Source of the DNA: Haloquadratum walsbyi C23
Lineage (GTDB): Archaea > Halobacteriota > Halobacteria > Halobacteriales > Haloferacaceae
DNA length: 32,000 nucleotides
NCBI RefSeq assembly: GCF_000237865.1
Contig: NC_017459.1
Location: forward strand, 3,030,001-3,062,000
Direction: 5' to 3'
Numbering within the stretch: position 1 is the stretch's first letter; each line of letters starts with the position of its first letter. The notes beneath the pieces were generated by a model. That model saw only the letters and a program-made list of their open reading frames with translations, did no database searches and had not been told where the DNA came from. Below are positions 9,820-18,007 of the stretch, piece by piece. The position numbers and the translations under genes are program-made.

Positions 9820-10863
9820 ATGGACGCAGCAAGACTCCATAGTTATACAGACGATATGGGTAGTGCGCTCAGCATCGATAGTATTGATCGGCCAACTGTC
9901 GAACGATCCGATGATATTATTGTTGAAGTTGCTGGTGCTGGATGGTGTCAGACAGATAATCATATTATCGAAGGGATGTGGACCGACTACGTTGATCAAG
10001 ACCTCCCAATGACACTTGGACATGAGAATACGGGTGAGGTAATTGCTGTTGGCGATGAAGTGCAGACTATCGGCGTCGGCGATACAATAATTTGTCATCC
10101 CGTAATGACGTGTGGCACCTGCCGACAGTGTCGTCTTGGCGAAGACATGTACTGTGAGAATCTCTCATTCCCTGGTCTCACGACCGATGGGGGATTCGCA
10201 GAATATCTCCGCACGAGTGAGCGATCGGCTATACCACTTCCTGATGGTGTTGATCCTGTTGATATTGCTCCACACGCCGATGCTGGAATTACTGCTTACC
10301 ACGCCGTGAAGAAGGCTGTCGATGAATTAAATCCAGGCGATCCAGCCATTGTTATTGGTGTTGGCGGATTGGGGCATATCGGACTACAATGTCTTGATGC
10401 AATGAGTGCAGCAGATATCATTGCACTTGATATAAAGGAAGCGGCTCGTGACCTTGCGGCTGATCTTGGTGCACGATATACAGTCGATCCCACAAGTGAA
10501 GATGTTTCAGCAGCAATTGACGATCTCACTGATGGTCATGGTGCTGAACAGGTGATTGATTTTGTTGGCGCTGATGTAACGACAGGCTATGCTCCGGATG
10601 TAATCGCTCCCGGTGGCGATCATCATATTGTCGGGTACGGTGGACATATTCATGAACCATCGCAGGCACTTGTCGACGCAGAATTTGCATATCGTGGAAC
10701 GATTGTCGGACAGTATACTGAACTGCAGGAACTTGTCCGATTGGTTGAACGTGGCGATGTTGAACTGCGAACGAGTCGATATGACCTTGGCTCTGTCAAT
10801 GCTGCTGCTGAACAACTTGAACATGGTGAAATTGAAGGGCGCGCCGTAATCACGCCAAATTAA
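9820..10863 (+). CDS. zinc-dependent alcohol dehydrogenase (MDR superfamily)
   Basis: It has the catalytic-zinc GHE motif (LGHENTGEV), the structural-zinc Cys cluster (CGTCRQCRLGEDMYC) and a Rossmann GxGxxG (GVGGLGH). The ATG at 9820 is preferred. Confidence 0.85.
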   Translation: MDAARLHSYTDDMGSALSIDSIDRPTVERSDDIIVEVAGAGWCQTDNHIIEGMWTDYVDQDLPMTLGHENTGEVIAVGDEVQTIGVGDTIICHPVMTCGTCRQCRLGEDMYCENLSFPGLTTDGGFAEYLRTSERSAIPLPDGVDPVDIAPHADAGITAYHAVKKAVDELNPGDPAIVIGVGGLGHIGLQCLDAMSAADIIALDIKEAARDLAADLGARYTVDPTSEDVSAAIDDLTDGHGAEQVIDFVGADVTTGYAPDVIAPGGDHHIVGYGGHIHEPSQALVDAEFAYRGTIVGQYTELQELVRLVERGDVELRTSRYDLGSVNAAAEQLEHGEIEGRAVITPN

Positions 10864-10929
10864 GTAATTTGTTGGACGCAGATTCACACTAACAGATTGA
10901 ATTGACCACGCTATTACGCTCAATATCAC

Positions 10930-11250
10930 TACTTGACATACTCTTCGGCGTTCACCCGGAGGAATCCTGAGCGTGAGCGTGAATGGTGGAGATTTCAGGT
11001 TTGTAGTCTCACCAAGCATCTAATCGGTGAGAATCCGTCGGAATGCTCGCGGTCTGAGGCGGGTGAGACTGCTGGGGTGGCACATCTCAGCCCCCGGTAC
11101 TCGTATCCTCGGTCATATGTGGACTCCCAGTATTGTTTGTGCCACGGGGAATCCGGTAGACCTCGACGGACTCGGAGTGACTTTTCTGATGTTTCCACAT
11201 AGTCAGACACAGCATCTGCATCGGTTCATTATACTTATCTGAACCGACCG
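10930..11250. other. ORF-free, relatively G+C-rich island; candidate structured RNA or decayed mobile element
   Basis: Only short overlapping ORFs with basic, Cys-rich translations occur on both strands. There is a long-range complement GTGGCAC (11078-84) / GTGCCAC (11139-45), and the terminal hairpin CGGTTCA-N11-TGAACCG lies at 11221-11245. Confidence 0.25.
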
Positions 11251-11309
11251 TTCATCAAATTGGTTCCGACTATTATCTGATTGCTTGAGGCGGGCAGACC
11301 GCCATTGTC

Positions 11310-11950
11310 GGATTAGCTGAATACAGGCGCTAAGCCCTCCCTCAAGGAGCACCACAGTCCACGCGAGCGGACAAGGAGCGCAGTAGGGAGGGGAGGAGAT
11401 ACAGCGCCGTCATCATCTGGTTGTACACTGTGAGTCGGCAGACTCACAGACCTATCTAAGCAGTTATGTTGTCGGACGCCGGAGGAAAGAGTAAGATGGG
11501 CGTTCTGACCTGTCGGCTTCGATTCGCTCGTCGTTCCATTCGGAACGAGTTGCTCCGTGCGAGGCTGACGGACAGGGATAGCGTTCAAACGCGACAAAAA
11601 GCGTGCGTTGTCCCACGGAATCACCCCGTCGAGCAACTAGGAGTGGGACACTCCGCAGAAACGTCCCCAGAAATCTCCGAGTTCTGGTTCCGGTGTGCGA
11701 ACGAATCGCCCCGCGATTCGTCAACGCCTGTGGAGACTGCACTCCCTGTGGATACACCTGTATCTGCAAAGTGCGTTCACCAGACTCCGTCTGGTGGGCT
11801 GTCAGACGCAGTCTGACAACGTCGTAGAAGCAGGAAGCCCCACCCTCAGCGAGGCCGTCAGGTCGAGCAGGGCGGGGTAGTTCACTGGGAGTCGTTCTAT
11901 CCCCGACCTGAATCATACCATATCGGACGGTTGCCTGCCAATTCAACGTA
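11310..11950. other. about 640-nt G+C-rich, hairpin-dense non-coding island; candidate large structured RNA or mobile-element remnant
   Basis: At least eight perfect 6-8 bp stem-loops are present: 11335-42/11385-92, 11428-49, 11531-48, 11640-54, 11701-21, 11778-96 and 11801-17, plus the hairpin at 11289-11303. The ORFs on both strands are Arg/Cys/Trp-rich, unlike the acidic proteome. Confidence 0.3.
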
Positions 11951-12011
11951 TGGACTGAGATTTCTGGTTGGCAATCGAACGGTAGATTCTAAAAACTTAT
12001 CTCAGATTCAT

Positions 12012-12295
12012 CCTGCGCCTGAAGTCCTGTCTCTTACCCACAAATCGAGTCAGTATTTTAGCGGAACGGGATCGGCGAGCACGACTGAAATTCTCGGTAT
12101 CTACAGTTTCAACACCTCTTTGGAACAATTGTAGTGGCGTTGATTACCGACGTTCTATAACCCCTACAGCCAATATCATTGCCTGAATCGCTTCTCGCTT
12201 CGATTTTTTGTGTTCAAAATACCTCTGAAAGCGTCTGAAACGTCCGGTTACGACTCCACGAACTTATGGGTAAAAGACAGGCCTGAAGTCGCAGG
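12012..12295. repeat. 32-nt inverted repeat pair enclosing 220 nt (MITE-like or long RNA helix)
   Basis: Left arm, 12012-12043: CCTGCG CCTGAAGT CCTGTCTCTTACCCACAA. Right arm, 12264-12295: TTATGGGTAAAAGACAGG CCTGAAGT CGCAGG. The outer 6 nt and inner 18 nt are complementary apart from 2 mismatches. The central CUGAAG/CUGAAG would pair with tandem G.A. Confidence 0.6.
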
Positions 12296-12395
12296 TATTC
12301 TCCTTGGTTCTCTATAATTCAGCAATAAGGCATGTTCATGTAAATGCTACAATTCCTCCCAACTGCTTTTACTGACGCTGTAAGAAAATAGCTGC

Positions 12396-13409
12396 ATGCC
12401 AACAATTGATGAAAAACGGGTATATACAAACACTGTAGGCACAGAAACTGTCTATCTCGGGAGTGAATTAGGCGTTCTCGGCGTCACTGTTTCTGACGCG
12501 GTCGTTGGTGAATTCGGTCTTGCGTATCGTGGAGCAGTTCGTGACATTGCAACCGCGGGACCGTATGTTGCTGCGGCTACCGACGATGGTGTTCTTCTCG
12601 CCGATCATCGACGGAGACGCGAAGATGCTGGGGACGAAGCTAGTATGGATGAATTGCAATTTTATAATATTGGTGATGGAATTGACTCTGTTAGTGCTGT
12701 TGGATTTGAAACAACCACCCAAAACAAGGTTGCACTCATTGCAGGAGAGACCTCGGGGGATATCTACCGCCTCACAATGTCACCGGATGATATATTTGGC
12801 TCTCAACCGGAGATACTCTCTACATGGAAATTTATTGATACATGCAGTACTATTTACGAAATCGATATGCCGCTCATCGCAACCGCTGAGGGAGTATTTC
12901 AGGTAACGTCTGATGCGCCATCGGGCACTATCATCTCATATGCTGGATTGGACACGGCGCATGACATTGACGCTGAGCCAGTTGCGGCGACGACAGATGG
13001 ACTCTATGTGCTTGCGAATGGATGGATAAAGATTCCATCAATCGAACAGGCTGAATCCGTCGATATCATGCGGTCTTCTGATAGGATTGTCCGGGCACAT
13101 GCTGTCTGCGGTGGCAGTTTATATGCATGTAATGTAAGCAATACAGCCGGACTCGTGCCTGATATGGGTGCTCACTGGAAGTCAGTGAATCTGCCGGTCA
13201 CAGAGCCAATTATGGCTGTTGCACATAGTCACACAACAACGTATGCTGTGACGACTGATGGAACGCTTGCAGCATGCGTTGATATCACTACTGAGACTGC
13301 TGAGACTACTAAGAGAAAACCAGCTCACAGAAGAGAGGCTGAATGGCAGCATCGGAATCTTGGCGTGACAGGTGTTAGTGCTATTGCTGTGTCGCATAAT
13401 AATTGGTGA
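12396..13409 (+). CDS. conserved hypothetical protein, possibly beta-propeller-like
   Basis: 337-aa acidic ORF with recurring short beta-strand-like segments (VAAATDDGVLLA, VAATTDGLYVL, YAVTTDGTLAA). I recognised no catalytic motif. Confidence 0.6.
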   Translation: MPTIDEKRVYTNTVGTETVYLGSELGVLGVTVSDAVVGEFGLAYRGAVRDIATAGPYVAAATDDGVLLADHRRRREDAGDEASMDELQFYNIGDGIDSVSAVGFETTTQNKVALIAGETSGDIYRLTMSPDDIFGSQPEILSTWKFIDTCSTIYEIDMPLIATAEGVFQVTSDAPSGTIISYAGLDTAHDIDAEPVAATTDGLYVLANGWIKIPSIEQAESVDIMRSSDRIVRAHAVCGGSLYACNVSNTAGLVPDMGAHWKSVNLPVTEPIMAVAHSHTTTYAVTTDGTLAACVDITTETAETTKRKPAHRREAEWQHRNLGVTGVSAIAVSHNNW

Positions 13410-13466
13410 ATCACCCGAAACCAACATTTGAAAAGGGGTTTTAGTACGGACTGAGAGACAGTGGAT

Positions 13467-14339
13467 ATGATTGTTCCTGGAAGCTCTTCGCAAGCACTCG
13501 CTTCAGCCCTCGCGACAGAACTGAATAAACCTCTTGCTGCAGTTACGTATGACCAGTTTCCCGACGGCGAAACACTTGCTGCTGTGCCTGAATTCGATGG
13601 TGATAGAGCGATTATTGTTGCGACAACTGACACAAACGATACATGGGTAGAACTGTTGCAGTTACAGGATGCTGTGATAGAAGCAGGTGCTACAGAGGTT
13701 ATTACGGTTATTCCGTACATGGGATACACACGACAGGATCGAGCGTTCAAGTCTGGGCATCCGGTCTCCGCACGCGCGATGGCTCGGGCGATTTCACCAA
13801 CAACTGACCGGGTTATTCTGATTAACCCACATGAGCGGTCAGTTGCTGATTTTTTTGACGGACATGTGACAATCTGTGATGCAGCATCACATCTTGCAGA
13901 ATCACTGCCATCTGGATTATCTGAACCACTCTTTATTGCTCCAGATGCTGGTGCCATCGAACTCGCCACTGCTGTCCGGGATGAATATGGTACTGGGAGT
14001 ACTGATTACTTTGAGAAGACACGTCATTCTGGGACCGATGTTGATATGAATATAACTGATACGAATGTATCAACTCGGGATGTCGTTGTTGTTGACGATA
14101 TTATCGCTACCGGAGTGACAATGAGCACAGCTGTTGGACATCTTAACGATGGTGGTGCAGCACGGGTTTACATTGGATGTATTCATCCCCTACTGGCTCG
14201 AGGTGCTCGAACAAGACTCGAACGCGCCGGTATTGAACGGGTTATTGGAACCGACACAATCGAACGCGAAGTGAGTGCCGTATCAGTCGCTCCAACTGTC
14301 GCAGCAGCTATTGAGGCAGTTGATATTGAGAAGAGATAG
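13467..14339 (+). CDS. prs: ribose-phosphate pyrophosphokinase
   Basis: Typical Prs N-terminus (MIVPGSSSQALASALA...FPDGE), YMGYTRQDR, and the PRPP-binding loop VVVVDDIIATGVTM. Confidence 0.9.
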   Translation: MIVPGSSSQALASALATELNKPLAAVTYDQFPDGETLAAVPEFDGDRAIIVATTDTNDTWVELLQLQDAVIEAGATEVITVIPYMGYTRQDRAFKSGHPVSARAMARAISPTTDRVILINPHERSVADFFDGHVTICDAASHLAESLPSGLSEPLFIAPDAGAIELATAVRDEYGTGSTDYFEKTRHSGTDVDMNITDTNVSTRDVVVVDDIIATGVTMSTAVGHLNDGGAARVYIGCIHPLLARGARTRLERAGIERVIGTDTIEREVSAVSVAPTVAAAIEAVDIEKR

Positions 14340-14500
14340 GATTCAATCCTAAAGGGACCCATGTTGTATGATCATCAAATACATACTTACTCATGCTGCA
14401 CGTCTAAAATCTCGCTCTTCAGGACGAGAGGGATGTCAATGTGACAAGCTCAATATGATAACCCGAACCTACTTGCTATCGCCGTGTGAAATGATGACAT

Positions 14501-14935
14501 ATGAGCGAGGATCCAACAATTTTCGAACAGATTGCTGCTGGTGACATTCCAGCTCGGATTGTTCATGAAACCGAAACAATCGTTGCGTTTCTCGATGCGA
14601 ATCCACTCGCGCCCGGGCATACGCTTGTCATCCCAAGAGATGCATATACCAAACTCGGAGATCTTCCTGATGACGTTGCGACCGAATTATGGGCAACTGT
14701 ACAATCGCTGACACCAACTATTGAGACTGCGGTTGACGCTGATGCAACGACTATTGGTGTTAACAATGGATCTGCGGCAGGTCAAGAAGTCCCGCATGTG
14801 CACATTCATATTATTCCTCGATTCGATGACGACGGGGGTGGTCCAATCCATGCCACTGCGGGTGCACGTCCAGAGTTGAGTGATTCTGAGCTTGACACTA
14901 TTGCGATGAATATCGAGTCGACAGCCGATTTATAA
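14501..14935 (+). CDS. HIT-family (histidine triad) nucleotide hydrolase/transferase
   Basis: It carries the histidine triad HVHIHIIPR plus the upstream FLDANPLAPGHTLVIP block. 144 aa. Confidence 0.9.
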   Translation: MSEDPTIFEQIAAGDIPARIVHETETIVAFLDANPLAPGHTLVIPRDAYTKLGDLPDDVATELWATVQSLTPTIETAVDADATTIGVNNGSAAGQEVPHVHIHIIPRFDDDGGGPIHATAGARPELSDSELDTIAMNIESTADL

Positions 14936-15094
14936 CTAATATACGCGGTGTAATGAAATGAGAGATCTGACAGCAAGAAGCGAATATTAACAATACGAGA
15001 GTTGTCATATCCAACTTTTGTTGGGATTCGTCGTCAATTCAATGAAATATGATGAAACGAATTTAATCTGATCACTAGATCGGGTCAACAACAG

Positions 15095-15862
15095 CTATCC
15101 CAAGAAACGTTGTTTGAGACGGGTTGGCAAATCAGTCGTGTCATCCACAATCTGCTCAATCGATTCTCCCGCGGTTACAGCAGCAAAATGTGCAATTGAC
15201 GTTGCGTATGTATCATTATTTGCATCATATGGCGCTGACTGTATCATGGTGTCACTTCCGGTAAGCGTCGGAATACCAATCTCAGCCTCATCGCTATTTC
15301 CAAACGTTGAGACAGTAATTGAGGTCTCAAATTGCAGATCAGCAAGACGGTCATGCATTCGCTGGAGTGCTGTCACCCCTCTGTTTGTTGCCGGCATCAT
15401 CACGATTCGATGGTCAGCGACATGCGCGGCTGCAACCGCGAGGTTTGCACTAATTGGTGGGACATCAACAAGAACTGTATCAAACTGTGTTGCTGCGGTT
15501 TTTGTCCGTGTTTCAAACTGCTTAGCAGCTGCGACAGATTGTGCGCGGGCAAGCCGTTCAAATGGAGCCATAATAGGACAGACAGCAAGGCGTCCTGGCA
15601 CTGTATCACTCCATGGAAGCGCGTAAAGTCCATCAGATAGTGGAGTATCGACCGCATCTGTAAGGAGTGTCGTGAGATCTGGGTCAAGACGACCCTTAAC
15701 ATAGTCTGACAGCCCTTGTGACCCGACTGCAGCATCGAAGACAGCAACATCTGCGCCAGTCCGGGCGAGTGTTGTTGCTACCTCAACGATTGTGCGTGTC
15801 GTTCCCGCCCCGCCGGTCGCACCAATAACTGCAGTGATAGTTGGTTGATGAGCTGCTGTCAT
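15095..15862 (-). CDS. ParA/MinD-like protein with a degenerate P-loop
   Basis: The N-terminal ITAVIGATGGAGTTRT aligns to the deviant Walker A xKGGxGK[ST]T, but both lysines are replaced. A Walker-B-like VLVDVPP is present. 255 aa. Confidence 0.6.
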   Translation of the reverse strand: MTAAHQPTITAVIGATGGAGTTRTIVEVATTLARTGADVAVFDAAVGSQGLSDYVKGRLDPDLTTLLTDAVDTPLSDGLYALPWSDTVPGRLAVCPIMAPFERLARAQSVAAAKQFETRTKTAATQFDTVLVDVPPISANLAVAAAHVADHRIVMMPATNRGVTALQRMHDRLADLQFETSITVSTFGNSDEAEIGIPTLTGSDTMIQSAPYDANNDTYATSIAHFAAVTAGESIEQIVDDTTDLPTRLKQRFLG

Positions 15863-16362
15863 CGTTGCGCCTGCACTTGTCTTGTCTCAGGGACCAGAGC
15901 TGTATGATATACTTGAGCATAATCAGCTGACTGGAGTAATCTTGGGTTTTGCTGTCCGGTTCCTGTCTGAGTGTGATGGTTATCGATATGTCTCATCAGC
16001 TGCAGAAGCGTATCATATCTTTTTTTGAATTGACACAAGACGCTTGATTTTAGCCCGTGTAGCAGGGCGACACCTGATTGTGAATGAGCACTGTTCGATG
16101 ACAGAACAAGGATAATACATTGGAAAATATGTGATGGATATAATAAAATATCAGAATAATATATAATGAATATCATGTGAATGTGAGTGTCGGTTGTTTT
16201 GTGATTACCGGCAGTGCTGTCGGGCAATTGGTGAATAATAGATAATATTCTTTATGATTTGATAGCAACAATCTTAGCGTGAGTTCATAAGTACGGTAAT
16301 TTTGAGCTGTGTATGTTTGCATTATATGTATGTGTTTGTGTATGAGCACTACTAGTCGATTA

Positions 16363-16881
16363 TCACAGATTACCGCCGTCATTGCTTGTTTCAGCGAACT
16401 TTCCATGCTGTGAGACAGATGAATGATCACAAAAGGAATTAGCTGTATCGCGGCGAGTGACATCCGCAATTGGTTCAATTATCTCATGTGTTTCAATATA
16501 TGTAGCGAGTGCGAACGTCGGTTCATCGGTCTGTGTCAACGCGAGTGCGTCAACACGAGAGAGTTGCCCTGCAAGCCAATCGTGGAGTATCTGTCGTCCG
16601 GTAGGAGCTAATGGCATAATACCCGGTTTACCGCATCGATAAAGTGTCTTCGCAGCAGTGACAGGTGCGATTCCTGCAGTCGTAGCAGCAGCTTCAATCC
16701 CAGCACCAGCATCATACGCCTCAAGAACTGTCGTTGCGGCAACTGCTGTGCAGGGAAGTTCTGATTCGTGATCGCCAAGACGCTCGCTCAAACTGATATC
16801 GGTATCATCGATTGTTGCAACCGTGCGAGTCTGCTGCTTTGTTGTTGACTTAATCCCTGCGGCAATGTCCGACAATCCCAT
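16363..16881 (-). CDS. hypothetical protein
   Basis: Acidic, Ala/Thr-rich ORF divergent from tfb. The ATG at 16881 (MGLSDIAAG...) is preferred over 16899. I recognised no motif. Confidence 0.5.
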   Translation of the reverse strand: MGLSDIAAGIKSTTKQQTRTVATIDDTDISLSERLGDHESELPCTAVAATTVLEAYDAGAGIEAAATTAGIAPVTAAKTLYRCGKPGIMPLAPTGRQILHDWLAGQLSRVDALALTQTDEPTFALATYIETHEIIEPIADVTRRDTANSFCDHSSVSQHGKFAETSNDGGNL

Positions 16882-17010
16882 AGATTGTGATGTTCTCACT
16901 CTGATACATAATATGTTCGTCGTATTATCAATTCTGAGAGTTGGAACTGACCGGTAACCGGTTAGTTAAGACCGGCATTCCGGCTCGAATCGGCGTCATC
17001 TGCCCTACTG

Positions 17011-17018
17011 TTAAATAT
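17011..17018 (+). promoter_or_regulatory. candidate TATA box for tfb
   Basis: TTAAATAT is centred about 30 nt upstream of the tfb ATG, which fits a leaderless or short-leader haloarchaeal transcript. Confidence 0.4.
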
Positions 17019-17044
17019 CGATTCCCGACAGAGTTGTATATGTA

Positions 17045-17989
17045 ATGAGTGACGCACCCGTTATCAAGACCGAAGCAAAGCGTAAATCTACTGCTGATAT
17101 TTCTCTCACAACAGATACACCGGTATCGTGTCCTGAGTGTGGCGGACATCCTGAAAATACGGGCGAGGAGACTATTTGTGGAGACTGTGGGTTGGTATTA
17201 TCAGAATATCGTATTGACCATGGACCTGAATGGCGGTCCTTCGCGGACGACACAACAAATCCAAAGCGAACTGGCGCACCGCTGACCCGGTCCCGACATG
17301 ATCGTGGGCTCTCAACTGAAATTGGTCGCTCAATTCGTCTTACTGGGCGTAAACGACGGCAGTTTGCTCGCCTCCGTCGTCAACATAATCGCGCTCGTAT
17401 CTCAACAAAACGTGAGCGTAACCAGGTATATGCATTTACTGAGATTCGACGACTCACAGGCGCGCTTTCACTCCCGAAGCAGATTCGAGATGATGCATGT
17501 TCGCTGTTTCGATCTGCACAATCAGAGGACTTACTTAGAGGTCGTTCGCTTGAGGGCTTCGCTGCTGCTTGTGTGTATGCTGCCTGTCGAGTTGCCGGGG
17601 TTGCTCGGACAATCGAAGAGATCACTGACATTGCAAAAGCGACATCTGCCGAACAACGTGCTGCGTACACCGCACTCAATCGTGAACTTGGACTTCCAAT
17701 TGGACCGATTGATCCGGCACAGTATCTCCCCCGGTTTGCCTCTGAATTAGAACTTCCATCCGATATTGAGCGCCGCGCTTGTGAATACATCTCAATGATA
17801 ACAGCACAAGGGATTGGTGCTGGGCGAAATCCAAGTGGTGTTGCCGCTGCTTGTCTATATACTGCTGCTCGTGACATTGGGTTTGAACTAACACAGCAGA
17901 CAGCAGCAGATATTGCGGATGTCACACCGGTCACACTACGTGCGACATATCATGATCTCCGTGAGGTGACGCTGCCGGCAACAGAATAA
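17045..17989 (+). CDS. tfb: transcription initiation factor IIB (TFB)
   Basis: It has an N-terminal zinc ribbon (CPECGG...CGDCGLVL), a B-finger/linker and two cyclin-like repeats. 314 aa. Confidence 0.95.
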   Translation: MSDAPVIKTEAKRKSTADISLTTDTPVSCPECGGHPENTGEETICGDCGLVLSEYRIDHGPEWRSFADDTTNPKRTGAPLTRSRHDRGLSTEIGRSIRLTGRKRRQFARLRRQHNRARISTKRERNQVYAFTEIRRLTGALSLPKQIRDDACSLFRSAQSEDLLRGRSLEGFAAACVYAACRVAGVARTIEEITDIAKATSAEQRAAYTALNRELGLPIGPIDPAQYLPRFASELELPSDIERRACEYISMITAQGIGAGRNPSGVAAACLYTAARDIGFELTQQTAADIADVTPVTLRATYHDLREVTLPATE

Positions 17990-18007
17990 TTATTTACTCT
18001 GTATAAC

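Noticed and set aside
11464-11946. 160-aa minus-strand ORF and overlapping plus-strand ORFs in the G+C-rich island
   Set aside because: Several long ORFs overlap on both strands, as expected by chance in G+C-rich DNA. The peptides are strongly basic (Arg-rich) with many Cys and Trp, the opposite of the acidic proteome encoded elsewhere in the window.
10930-11950. RNase P RNA, SRP (7S) RNA, 5S rRNA or tRNA in the long non-coding gap
   Set aside because: I looked on both strands for hallmark strings: GAGGAAAGUCC with a matching P4 partner, the SRP helix-8 GGAAGGAAGCAG-like motif, and the T-loop GTTCRAATC. I found only a weak GGAGGAAAGAG at about 11480 with no complementary P4 strand. A covariance-model search is needed to be certain.
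11694-11950. ORF-less group II intron (GUGCG at 11694)
   Set aside because: I could identify no domain V-like AGC...GNRA...hairpin and no bulged-A domain VI downstream. The GUGCG pentamer alone is not significant.
15859-16478. ORFs 15859..16227 and 16173..16478 in the AT-rich spacer
   Set aside because: The DNA is AT-rich and low-complexity. The translations are Ile/His/Leu/Tyr-rich with no acidic bias, so this is most likely a promoter or intergenic region.
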